From a virus: a stretch of DNA of 64,000 nucleotides. Below are positions 39,101 to 47,900 of the stretch, in pieces. Every line of letters begins with the position of its first letter. Positions within the stretch are counted from its first letter, which is position 1. The stretch is taken from the IMG/VR virus record IMGVR_UViG_3300045988_147571; one strand, given 5' to 3'. A model generated the notes under the pieces. The model saw nothing but the letters and a program-made list of their open reading frames with translations. It did not search any database and was not told the DNA's origin. Position numbers and translations under genes: made by a program.

Positions 39101-39249
39101 AAGCTCATCGCAGAATAGACTCTCTTGAAGAACAAAACACATCTCTCAAATCTGAGAATCAATCCCTTAGAAACGAAATTCTTATGCTCCAGGGACAACT
39201 ATCTCTTATAAATCAACGATTACAAAAATTGGAGGAAAAGGCATGTTAA
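33097..39249 (+). CDS. tail-associated (Tal-like) fibre protein with collagen-like segment and C-terminal S74 chaperone domain
   Basis: ATGA overlap with Dit. The N-terminal region resembles a siphovirus tip or minor structural protein. G-X-Y repeats. The C-terminus GSDRNIKEE...HYGLIAQDVE... matches the intramolecular chaperone auto-processing (peptidase S74) signature. Confidence 0.7.
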   Translation: MKINHKYDVYGRTEPSIIYLAKPGKRLFCALGGIDSSTVSLSLKTNNTAELTFTVDKYINNALTDGYEELDELMELYCDGIWFKIVDPPTISNNGMRETKEITAESYEIMLTQYKLKNFKINMGEEDSYEMMYQATHDKSKFYQIKFYDPDNEDLSFLHLVLKHADVPGWKIGYVDNITPDDDGKLLPNNICNFEVDDQNVYAFLTQEAAQGYKCVFEFDTVNMTINVYRPDSLGKDTNVVLGFRNIQNSVTISRDENLVTQFYVEGLDDYNIDAVNFGDSVITDLSYFIREPYMDTSLQEKYNAWQSYRESRREEFINLSKEYNKNLEVLTELMNRVPIDTAQTNWFGKKVEDLKDAYNANMAIIKGLEALYVDDEKNFDLEALKKSHDWPLYESIMNYTLPSIVAALQAQDETVEGFGKGNIISCVNPIVLGQDWYMVNPGTSSFQTIQIDDAPAYGITRGVKVTGTNGGIYQHNISIEPSQRYTLSCFVKGSGTFYLGYNNTGEDRKNISYNITSSWTRVYTSFNLSSRLIDVAFTGTNDFTICGMQLEMGDSPSQFGYFTQSENIIKAYETDWKLYGISELKVKISTYDSCIKELKKSGYADGYNPLSGYEEAYFTQMHQKYLDYLNLKDQAEAALKERQAEYDKAKKPEIQEKRNQIAKDVLLENFGKIQNKYSAFTDKETYIIKSLYSQSTYTNENIIVTTLDSTADAVDKSKVLYDDALEELYVESHPQYTYTDDVENVYALPEFKEYHEQLAVNDFVRVGITDTNYIKLRVIEITYNPCDLDESMEITFSNMIQYKAKRNDYNTLLNDALNTSNRNGGRVNSVNKSTTSDYVITSDAIKQIFSNPLFNSMLGGATTGGTGSGGTITAGMIVAELVKAKEGVFDKLTVDTAFMKYLDVKLVSADKITTRILEAEQANIEKLSAKIIESNQINADMINVKNLLAGNAGVGNLQAVHLTAQNVTIDQAVITDLIAKKMTVADLNTHTATADEFMIISSGKAGIAFKNSTQQFYDSTGAVRVQIGQDGTGKFNFVVKNGDKTALFDENGITQTGIPDNTIVNNMISDGTINKEKLSFTMVEPNEQGGIDISQVYLDGKKFGQQYTSFKDQTTEQITNITDPQKGQIVQSIQNSLFNEDGSSIYTKYTEYKQTVDGITQTVSNNKLDTDKKLDAASTSITQTADKLNLIATGGTGESKLELTPDFINLVSSKVVGIKADQINIDGVITAINTNGTTAGKTQIDAGAISTENVNALLIKTGKLKSNNYKDPSNTSPLYSQAGTLIDMENGAITSKNFSIDTSGEAHFKGNGEFGGKISANSGYIGGEKGFVIEAGKLYSGLKDFPTQYPSSISTNKNVYVGINGIALGDGNFMVDSNGKMYANQGEFTGKIAANDGFIGGWIISSNSLTANNGSISISPDGIHWGDYLNINSQGATFKGHITATSGSFTGDVIANSLTLGPGSTVNGLSYNDLNDRPNIPSDLSGYITVDGKIGIIQNEDQEIPSGATGFKVSKNGLLQASNAIISGTIYASSGTFAGNVTARTMTAKRSYSIYYNDVNGNPTDSREIISATNWGLTSGDLRFGLNDDCGYMISTDVGGKNTLRIMGDTLLVTAPMQIQSNCLVQSQFVIDTKTGSIPYQNMKWTPYEVNSSGNPIYLDYDNQKYFSYNGYGHNHTLLPNTEGGCAIGIGNVDKQDADVTATWCIMPYNIYTEKKTDENTNGIPVITSIKRDASATMNIGSKNNKFNCLYVNAIHMGGHTYTSLNSGGGKIASYKATASQVNYNDDPKVETSVNTAGDTLTFKFSIPKGKDGTNGIDGARGPRGYQGDPGPAGPRGEKGEPGSSGIFDSSQGGIGASYNGTHKILPKLNGSWTKNVINLGSSNYLFASVWVNGGTCSGSDRNIKEEINLYHENIEKAYMEFQPVSYKFKNFVSTDSHDRIHYGLIAQDVEDTLHKYNITNEEAGFLLIDYLDKPNEAGKLVNYGLRYGEFIPLNMHMTQKAHRRIDSLEEQNTSLKSENQSLRNEILMLQGQLSLINQRLQKLEEKAC
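38527..38637 (+). repeat. collagen-like G-X-Y repeat (37 aa)
   Basis: GKDGTNGIDGARGPRGYQGDPGPAGPRGEKGEPGSSG. Confidence 0.9.
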
Positions 39250-39467
39250 AAATTAGTGAAACAAGAAATGTATCCGGTCAGGTTATGATCGGTTCTGACG
39301 AAAATGCAAAACAGGTTGCTTATCTTAATGCTTCTGTTAGCAAGGATGGCAATGTAAATATCAATAAATCTATTCAAGATAGCGAAACATTTAAAACAAA
39401 TAAAGAAGCTGTGCTGAAAGATTTTACAGAGTTTGAAACATACGTATATGGAATTATTCCTGAATAA
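39243..39467 (+). CDS. hypothetical protein (74 aa)
   Basis: Overlaps the Tal stop by 7 nt. A terminator lies downstream. Confidence 0.4.
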   Translation: MLKISETRNVSGQVMIGSDENAKQVAYLNASVSKDGNVNINKSIQDSETFKTNKEAVLKDFTEFETYVYGIIPE

Positions 39468-39472
39468 ATAAG

Positions 39473-39498
39473 AGGCCTGAGCAATCAGGTCTTTTATT
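39473..39498 (+). terminator. Rho-independent terminator
   Basis: AGGCCTGA-GCAA-TCAGGTCT hairpin followed by TTTATT. Confidence 0.65.
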
Positions 39499-39509
39499 AT
39501 ACAAAGAAG

Positions 39510-39893
39510 GTGAAATATTTGACCAGTCGAGAATATGAACTTGAATTAAAGAAAATCAAAGCAAAAAATCGACAGATTGAAATGAAACGAAATCTGAAGG
39601 CGGCAAAAGTTAAAAGATTCAATATTCCAAGAGTCTCTACAAGTAAATTAATACTTGTCGCTGTACTTTTACTTAATCTACAGATTATTCATTTTGTAGA
39701 AAAAGCAATTATGACCTATGGAGATTTATCTGCTCTCTACGCTCTCATTGCTATCCCAGCAACACTCGTCCCTACAGTTTGGGCTTATTATGCAAAGGCT
39801 CGTGCAGAAAACTGCACAGGAGGCATTACTTATGATTCTGCAATGGAACAACTTAGACAGCAAGACTCTTCAGATGATGAAGCAGTCGGTTAG
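39510..39893 (+). CDS. membrane protein with two TM helices (holin candidate)
   Basis: LILVAVLLLNLQIIHFV and LYALIAIPATLVPTVWAYYA are hydrophobic spans. The start is ambiguous: GTG 39510, or TTG 39519 after AAGGTGA. Confidence 0.4.
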   Translation: MKYLTSREYELELKKIKAKNRQIEMKRNLKAAKVKRFNIPRVSTSKLILVAVLLLNLQIIHFVEKAIMTYGDLSALYALIAIPATLVPTVWAYYAKARAENCTGGITYDSAMEQLRQQDSSDDEAVG

Positions 39894-39904
39894 GAGGAAA
39901 AATT

Positions 39905-40303
39905 ATGGACATTAAACAGGGTATTCAGGATGTATTATATCTGATCATTACTGGTATTCTCCCACTTCTTATTACATATGGAGTCCTTTTTCTTAAAGTA
40001 AAGATCAAGGAACAGGAGAAACAGCTTGAGAATGATCAGCTCGTAAAATATATTGATGCTGCTACTGATGCTATCAGTAAAGCTGTACTTACAGTAAATC
40101 AGACGTATGTAGATTCATTGAAGAAACAAGGTAAGTTTGATGAAGCGGCGGCTAAAACAGCAAAACAGATGGCAATTGATAAAGCTAAGGCTCTTATTAC
40201 GGAGAATTCAAAAAAAGCCATCGAAACATTGTATTCTGACTTTGAAGCATATCTCAATGATGCTATAGAAGAACTTGTCAGAGAAAATAAATTTACAGTT
40301 TAA
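39905..40303 (+). CDS. LL-H-family holin-like membrane protein
   Basis: A single N-terminal TM (VLYLIITGILPLLITYGVLFL) followed by a hydrophilic helical tail (AISKAVLTVNQTYVDSLKKQGKFDEAAAK). This resembles LL-H-type holins. Confidence 0.45.
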   Translation: MDIKQGIQDVLYLIITGILPLLITYGVLFLKVKIKEQEKQLENDQLVKYIDAATDAISKAVLTVNQTYVDSLKKQGKFDEAAAKTAKQMAIDKAKALITENSKKAIETLYSDFEAYLNDAIEELVRENKFTV

Positions 40304-40324
40304 ATAAAAAGGAGAACAAGGATT

Positions 40325-40762
40325 ATGAAGAAAACTATCGTAAATGCAGACGTTGTGGCTATGTATAAAACATTAAATACTATGAAAAGTCGTTCAGATA
40401 TTGTGCCAGGAGATGTTGACGTATTCTGGGCTAATACAATGAATCTGAAAACATTAAAAGCGCAGGCAGATAAGATTGCTGAGTTCGAACAGGAGCTTAT
40501 TAACTCCTTTTTTACAGAAGAAAACTCTCATGTTGTTACAGATGAAAGTGGTAATGAAACTGGACGTGCTCTTAACGATGATATAAAAGACACTGTTGTC
40601 CCTGAGATTCAGGAAGGTCTGCAGAAAATTTATGATAAGACTTGCGAGCTTGATATCGAGATGATTCCTAAAGAGTCTCTTAAGAAGATGCTCAAAGCAA
40701 ATGAAGATAAGCTGTCAATGCTCGACATGACAGTAATGTACAATTTTGTAGAAGGTGAATAA
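40325..40762 (+). CDS. hypothetical protein
   Basis: 145 aa, RBS AAAGGAG. Confidence 0.4.
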   Translation: MKKTIVNADVVAMYKTLNTMKSRSDIVPGDVDVFWANTMNLKTLKAQADKIAEFEQELINSFFTEENSHVVTDESGNETGRALNDDIKDTVVPEIQEGLQKIYDKTCELDIEMIPKESLKKMLKANEDKLSMLDMTVMYNFVEGE

Positions 40763-40764
40763 TA

Positions 40765-41232
40765 ATGGCAACATACATTCAGGGAATCCAAACCTCTGTT
40801 GGTGTTGTTAAGTATGATTATAATTATTTGGCGAATCTCCCTGAATCAGATGCAACATTATCTAAACAGGGAGGATTTGCTGATGCTCTTATTGTAGGAA
40901 GAAAATTTGTTCAGTTAGGTGCTGATGTTGATAAATTGAAAGAATCTATGACTAATGCACAGAAAGCAATATCAGATCTTCAGACTGCAGATGGTTCTAC
41001 CAATACAGCTATAGAACAAATTAATACATCATTACTTGACATTACTAACAGTATTGAAACTATTCAGAGCAATATCACATCTCTGCAGAGCAGTGTTAAT
41101 ACACTAAACAAAAATGCTACAGAGATTAAAAATACTGCGAATACTGCTAACACTGCAGTTACCGCTTTACAGAAAACTGTCTCTTCTCTTCAGACAAGAA
41201 TTGAGACATTAGAAAAAGCCCAGACTAAATAA
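40765..41232 (+). CDS. coiled-coil fibre-associated protein
   Basis: The C-terminal half is a Thr/Asn/Ser-rich heptad-like coiled coil (SLLDITNSIETIQSNITSLQSSVNTL...). Confidence 0.4.
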   Translation: MATYIQGIQTSVGVVKYDYNYLANLPESDATLSKQGGFADALIVGRKFVQLGADVDKLKESMTNAQKAISDLQTADGSTNTAIEQINTSLLDITNSIETIQSNITSLQSSVNTLNKNATEIKNTANTANTAVTALQKTVSSLQTRIETLEKAQTK

Positions 41233-41246
41233 GAAAGGAGGATGTT

Positions 41247-41954
41247 ATGTATACACTAAAAATTTCAGATGATAATACCGTTACTACTACGGTAAAAGAA
41301 ACTCTTATTGAAAGAAGCAATTATGTAGATAGAATTCAGATCGTGACAAATAAATTATACAGAGAACAGATCGATATGTCTGATACTACTGTTTATATGA
41401 AATATAAGCTTCCGGTATCAAATAAGATCAAAATGACACAGCTCACTGTAAATGATCTTGAATATGAAACAAACTACATACAGTATCTGATTCCTGTTGA
41501 TGCAGGATTAACAGCCGAAGCTGGAGATATTGAAGTATCATTCACATTTCTGAAACTTGTTGCTAATGACGACGGAACTTACACTTCTTATATTCGAAAG
41601 ACCACATCTGGTGTTATTCATATTACTCCACTTACACAATTTGATAAATATGAACCTTCTGAGATGTTCACTGAAATTGATCAGAGACTGCTTGCAATAG
41701 AAGGATACATAAAAGATCTGGATGCTCTTAACAAGGCGACATATGAAAATGCAGTAAAAGATATTCGTCTTGATACAGAAAAAAGAAAAGTAACTTTAAC
41801 AAATAATGATGGTGAGGATACCGGTGAAGGTATTGCTATGACAGATCTTTCTAAGATGGTTGGCGAAGACCTCACAGGAAAAGATCCTGATGGAGTTCAG
41901 GATGGTGTCGTACATCTCGATCAGGTTATTGACCTGGATAAATTACTAATGTAA
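41247..41954 (+). CDS. hypothetical structural protein
   Basis: 235 aa, RBS AAGGAGGA. Confidence 0.4.
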   Translation: MYTLKISDDNTVTTTVKETLIERSNYVDRIQIVTNKLYREQIDMSDTTVYMKYKLPVSNKIKMTQLTVNDLEYETNYIQYLIPVDAGLTAEAGDIEVSFTFLKLVANDDGTYTSYIRKTTSGVIHITPLTQFDKYEPSEMFTEIDQRLLAIEGYIKDLDALNKATYENAVKDIRLDTEKRKVTLTNNDGEDTGEGIAMTDLSKMVGEDLTGKDPDGVQDGVVHLDQVIDLDKLLM

Positions 41955-41968
41955 AGGAGTCATGTATT

Positions 41969-44900
41969 ATGTCGTTTAAAGATGCTAAGAAACTTGCTGC
42001 AGCTAACTCAGCAAACACGACTTTGATGACCGCTGAGTTGGCCGCAGTCACCATTGATGATGATTATACGTTATGTACTGATGGACGCTATGAAGTATAT
42101 AACAAATATAGCGATGATAATTTTTCATCAGTGGACAATTTAAAAAATATAACCGTTGACTCTTCACAGATCAATATCATGCAGGAAGAAAACAGTCAGT
42201 ATATGCCATTCAGAATTCCAAGATACTGGGATGGAATGGATCTTATGGATATGTTGATTCAGGTAAGATATCAGTCTGTGGCTCAGAGCAAAGGTCAGAT
42301 TGCAAATGTGATCAATGTTGCATCAAGTTCTACTCATATTACTTTTGGATGGCTAATTGATGCAAATGTTACTGCTTCTGCAGGTGATATTATATTTGAA
42401 ATCACAGCAACTGGCTTAAATGAAAAAGGAAAAAACTATATTTGGAGAACCAGACCAAATGGTAAGTTTACTGTTCTGGAAGGTCTGAATTATGATGGCA
42501 TCATTGAACCATCTGATGATTGGTATACAAGCTTTGTCAATATGGTCTTAGGACATGTAGCCGAAGCAAAACAGTATGCAGATGAAGCCAAAGCTTCTGC
42601 CGCTTCTATTAATGTAGATGATATTAAGGCAGATGTAACTTCTTCTGTTACAAAAAATCTAAATCAGACCGTAGCTGAGTCTCTGAAAGATTATTATACA
42701 AAAACAGAAATTGATCAGACTGTAAATGAATTAAATACTGCTATCTCCAGTATTGACAGTCTGAAAAACTTAAAAGTTGAATATGATAATACAACTGGAC
42801 ATCTCGTATTTAAAGATAAAGAGGAACAGATTGGCGAAATTACAATCAACAGTCTTTCCAATCTTGTCGTTGAATATTCTGTAGTCAATGGCAAAGGTTC
42901 ACTCGTGTTTAAGAATGGAGAAACAGAGATCCAGACTGTAGAACTTAGTTCTATTGAACCGTCTGCCGCATGGACTTCTGCTCTTAAAGAGGACATTTCT
43001 AAGAGTACAGATGAAAAGCTCTCTCCTGTTGTAGATCGTGTGTCTGCTCTTGAGACTGCAAAAGATGATCTGGCAGGCAAAGTTGAAACAAATACAACTG
43101 ATATTTCAGGTCTGAAAACAGATGTAGCTGGATTAAAAGAATCTAACGAAACAATTTCTGCTACTACTACAGAAACCAAAAATACGGTAGATATTCTGAA
43201 GCAGAATGTTTCTGGTTATGATTCTCAGTTTGAATCCATCAATAGTGACATTACTGCGATCAATGAATCTATTAAGGATTTAGGTAAAAATACAGGTCAT
43301 GAGTATGACGTTTCTTATGAAGAAAATGTTTTTACTCTGTATGAAGATGATGTAATTAAGAAACAGTTTACAATCACTGGTGGCTCTGGACCATCTGACA
43401 CTACTACGGTCACAATCGAGAGAATTACAAGTTCTGATGCGATCTTCTTAGCAGGAAACTCTGCAGTGATCGAATATAACTTTACCTCTGTAGATAATAC
43501 AGGAGATACAACCGGTAATGGTACTGCTACATGGCGTGTCGGAAGTACAACAGTTGCTACTACTGTAGCTGCTCAGGGTAAGAATAGTTTTGATATTACA
43601 CAATATCTGAAAAATGGTGCAAACTCTATTAGACTTTCTATCACTGATAGTTTTGGTACAATCGCTACTAAGACTTGGACCATTACAATTGTTGACTTTA
43701 AAATTGAGAGTATTTTTGATGATACACTCTTCTATTCAGACGAGGTAACATTTAGATATACTCCATATGGTGATATTAATAAGACTGTACATTTTGTTCT
43801 TGATGAAAAAGAAATTGCAGGAGTTGAAACAACTGCTTCTGGTAGACAGATGACTTATACTTTGGCAAAACAGAGTCATGGTGCTCACCTTCTGAAAGTG
43901 TATATGACTGCAAGTATCAATAATCAGGACGTAACTTCTGAGTCAGTATATAAAGATATTATCTGGGTTGAACAAGGAAATACTACTCCTATTATTGGAT
44001 GTTCTATGGTTGAATTTACTGCAAAACAGTACAATACAACAAGCATCAAATATGTTGTATATGATCCAGAACATAATCCTGCTACTGTAAAACTCTTTGT
44101 TGATGGCAAAGTTGCTTCTACTCTTACTGTTGGAAGAACTGCTCAGATCTGGAGCTACAAGTCTACCGAAATAGGCAAACAGTCTCTTACTATCAGTTGC
44201 CGTAGAATCACAAAGATTCTTACTGCTACTATTGAGAAACTGGATATCAATGTATCTCCGGTAACTACAAACCTTGCATTTGACTTTAATCCATCTGGTA
44301 AAAACAATGGTGAAGCTGACTGGCTGAAGATCAATGATAATCTTACAATTGAAGTGTCAGATAACTTTGATACAACAAATGGTGGTTATCAGGTCGATGA
44401 AGATGGAGATACTTATTTCTGCGTAAAAGCAGGAACTGCTGCTACTATCCCATATCAGTTATTTGCTGATGATGCAAAGAAAACTGGCAAGAACTTTAAA
44501 TTCATTTATAAATGTACAAATGTAAAGAACTATGAAGCTCAAGTACTCTCCTGTTTTGCAGATAATCTTGGTTATACTGTAAAAGCTCAGGAAGCAACAC
44601 TGAAATCTGAACAGAACGAAATCTCTGTCCCATATTGTGAAGATTACTATATGGAGCTGGAATTTAATATTCTGCCGGACAGTGAATATACAGAAATGGT
44701 TATGTGGGTTGATGGCATTCCTACAAGAGTAAAACTGTATGCCACTTCTGATAGTTTCACGCAGACAAATCCTGTAGGTATTACAATCGGTTCTGATGAC
44801 TGCGACGTTATTGTATACAGAATAAAAGCTTATACAATGAACCTCACTGATGATGAGATTCTGGATAACTTCATTGCTGATGCAAAAAATGCAAATGAAA

Positions 44901-47900
44901 TTATCAACCGATACAACCGCAATGATATTCTTGATTCTTCTGGTGGACTTGATCCTGATGTACTGGCCGAAAAATGTCCAGACTTGAGAATCATTAAACT
45001 GGAAGTACCAGTATTTACAACTGGTAAGAAAAATAAAGTACCATTTACATCTGTACAGCAGATCTATAAGAATGGTCGTCCTGTTGATAACTGGATCTCT
45101 CGTGATGGTATTCATAATGGACAGGGAACCTCTTCTGAATATTATGGTGATTCTGGTCGAAATCTGGAACTTAACTGTAAGAATGGATTTACATTCGCAA
45201 ATGATACAACTGCCGATGTTTATTCTATGGATGAAAATGCTATTGGAATCAACTATTTCAATGTCAAAGTAAATATTGCTTCTTCTGAGAATATCAATAA
45301 TGCAGGTCTTCAAGGAGAATATCAGGAATTCAACCCATATATCCGTCCTGCTAGAAAGAAAGATCCTCGTGTACGTGATACTATGCAGTTCTATCCTTGT
45401 GTTGTATTCTTAAAAGAAACAGATGTAGATAATGCTGTAGAGTTCAAAGACGGTCAGTGGCACTTCTATGCTGCAGGTGATATTGGTAACAGTAAGAAGA
45501 ATACAGTTGCACAGGGAATGGATCCAGAGAATCACAAAGAATTCATTGTTGAAGTGTCAAATAATACTGATCCTCAGTGCCGTTTCTTATCTGATGACTT
45601 ATCAAATGAAGAATGGGGTGGAGATACTTCATTCGAAATGAGATATCAGAATCCAAATTGTACAAAAGAAGAAATTCAGGCTGGCAGACAGGCTTGGAAC
45701 GATCTTTTGACTTGGGTTGTAAATGCTGATTCTGAAACATTTGTAAAAGAGTTTGAACAGCACTTTATTAAAGACTCATTACTCTTCTATTACTTATTTA
45801 CCGAAAGACATACTATGGTAGATAACAGAGCAAAAAATACTTTCTGGCATACAGAAGATTTGGTTCACTGGGATTTATGTATGGATTATGATAACGATAC
45901 TGCAATGGGTAATGATAATGAAGGTGGATTAACTCTTACTTACGGATATGAAGATACTGATACTATTGGAACAAAATCAGTCTTTAATGCATCTGATAGT
46001 AAAGTGTTCTGTTATATCAGAGATTACATGTTTGATGATCTGCAGAGTATGTTCCTTCAGATGGAGGCCAAACTTACATGGTCTGCAAACCGTATCTTAA
46101 ATAAATTCGAAACTCTTCAGAATTATAAACCGGAACGTCTCTGGATCGCTGATATGAGAAGAAAGTATTTCAGACCTTACGAGGATAAAGGTACGACTTC
46201 TTATCTGGAAATGATGAACGGAAGCAAGAAACAGCAGAGACGACAGTTCCAGAAATATCAAGAGAAATATATTGCATCTAAATATGTAGGTTCTACTACT
46301 ACCTCAGATGTAATCACAATCCGTGGTTACACTCCAACAAACTGGACTGGTGTAAAACCGGATGGTACATTCCATATTGTTCCTTATGCTGATTCTTATG
46401 TTGATGTAAGATTTGGTTCTAACCTTGTTCGTCAAAGAGCTAAGAGAGGTCAGACTTATACAGTCAAATCTCCTATTGCTGCTATGAACGATACAGAGGT
46501 CTATGTATATAATGCATCTTTGATGCAATCCATTGGTGATATTGCGCCATTCTATCCGGGATATACAAATTTCAATCAGGGTGTAAAAATGACAGACATT
46601 CTTATTGGTTCTGATGTTGAAGGATATCAGAATACAAATATGAATGATTTCTCAATCGGACAGAATGTTCTTCTGGAACGACTGAATCTTGAGAATCTGC
46701 CAAACCTGAAAAAGACAATCGACCTTTCTAACTGTAAAAATCTCGAAGAGTTTCTAGCAGAAGGATCTGGTATTACAGGTGTTATCTTTGCTCCTGGCGG
46801 AAAGATTGAAACTGCTCATCTTCCTGCCATCGCATCTCTTACCGGAAAGAACCTGTATAGATTGACCGATCTTACTATAACAAGTTATGCAAATCTTACT
46901 ACTCTGTCTCTTGATAACTGCAATACTTTGGATGCAAAAGACATTATCAATAAAGCTACTGGATTAACCAGAGTTCGTGTAACTGGCATCAATTGGGAAC
47001 TGGACGATACTACTCTGCTTGACAGATTAGCAAAAATGACTGGTATTGATGATAACGGATATAACTCTGTACATTCTGTTCTTATAGGAACTGTACACAT
47101 TCCTGTTATGAGACAGCAAAGACTGGATGAATTCGCTGAATTATGGCCAGATTTAGAGATTACCTACGATTCAATTATCACTCAGTTCAAAGTAACATTT
47201 GTCAACGACGATGAAGAAAATACAGTTCTTGATATCCAGTACGTTGATAAAGGTGCAAATGCAGTTGATCCTATTACAAGAGAAATTGATCCGATTCCTA
47301 CTCCTACCAAAGAAAGCACAATCAAACTTGATTATACATTCAAAGGCTGGAATGGATCTCTAACTGGAATCTTCGCTGACAGAACTATCAAAGCTGTATA
47401 CAATAGCAAAGTGCGTGAATATACAGTAAAATATGTTTCTAAAGGATTAACTCTACAGGAGTCTACTGGACAGTATGGTTCTTATATTAAGTATGAAGGT
47501 GACACTCCTACTTATACTGCTGAGGAATCTGCTTATAAATATAATCTATTCAAAGGTTGGGACAAATCTGGATTCGTTGATGGTGAGAAAACTATCAATG
47601 CTGTGTATGAAACCTGCGAATATGTAGATGGATACTTTGACGGAAAAGATCTGTCAAATATGACTCAGGTTGAGCTTTATACTCTTATGAAAATGGGACT
47701 TGAAACAAAAGCTCTGTCTCTTAAAGATACATTAGATTTTAAGCTTGGTGTTGATTATTCCTATGGAGATATTGAAGAACATGAAGTAATCTCTGCTTCT
47801 ACTAAGTTTGATGGAACAAATTATATTGACACTGGACTGAAAATCATGGAGAAAGATAGAGACTTTACTGTTGCTATTGACTTTGAATTTGATGCAGGAA

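Noticed and set aside
44459-45313. 284-aa minus-strand ORF, plus similar ones at 26571-27122, 42715-43179 and 32543-32923.
   Set aside because: All lie fully inside very long plus-strand structural genes. They are Ile/Phe/Ser-rich translations typical of the antisense frame of AT-rich coding DNA, with no start context.
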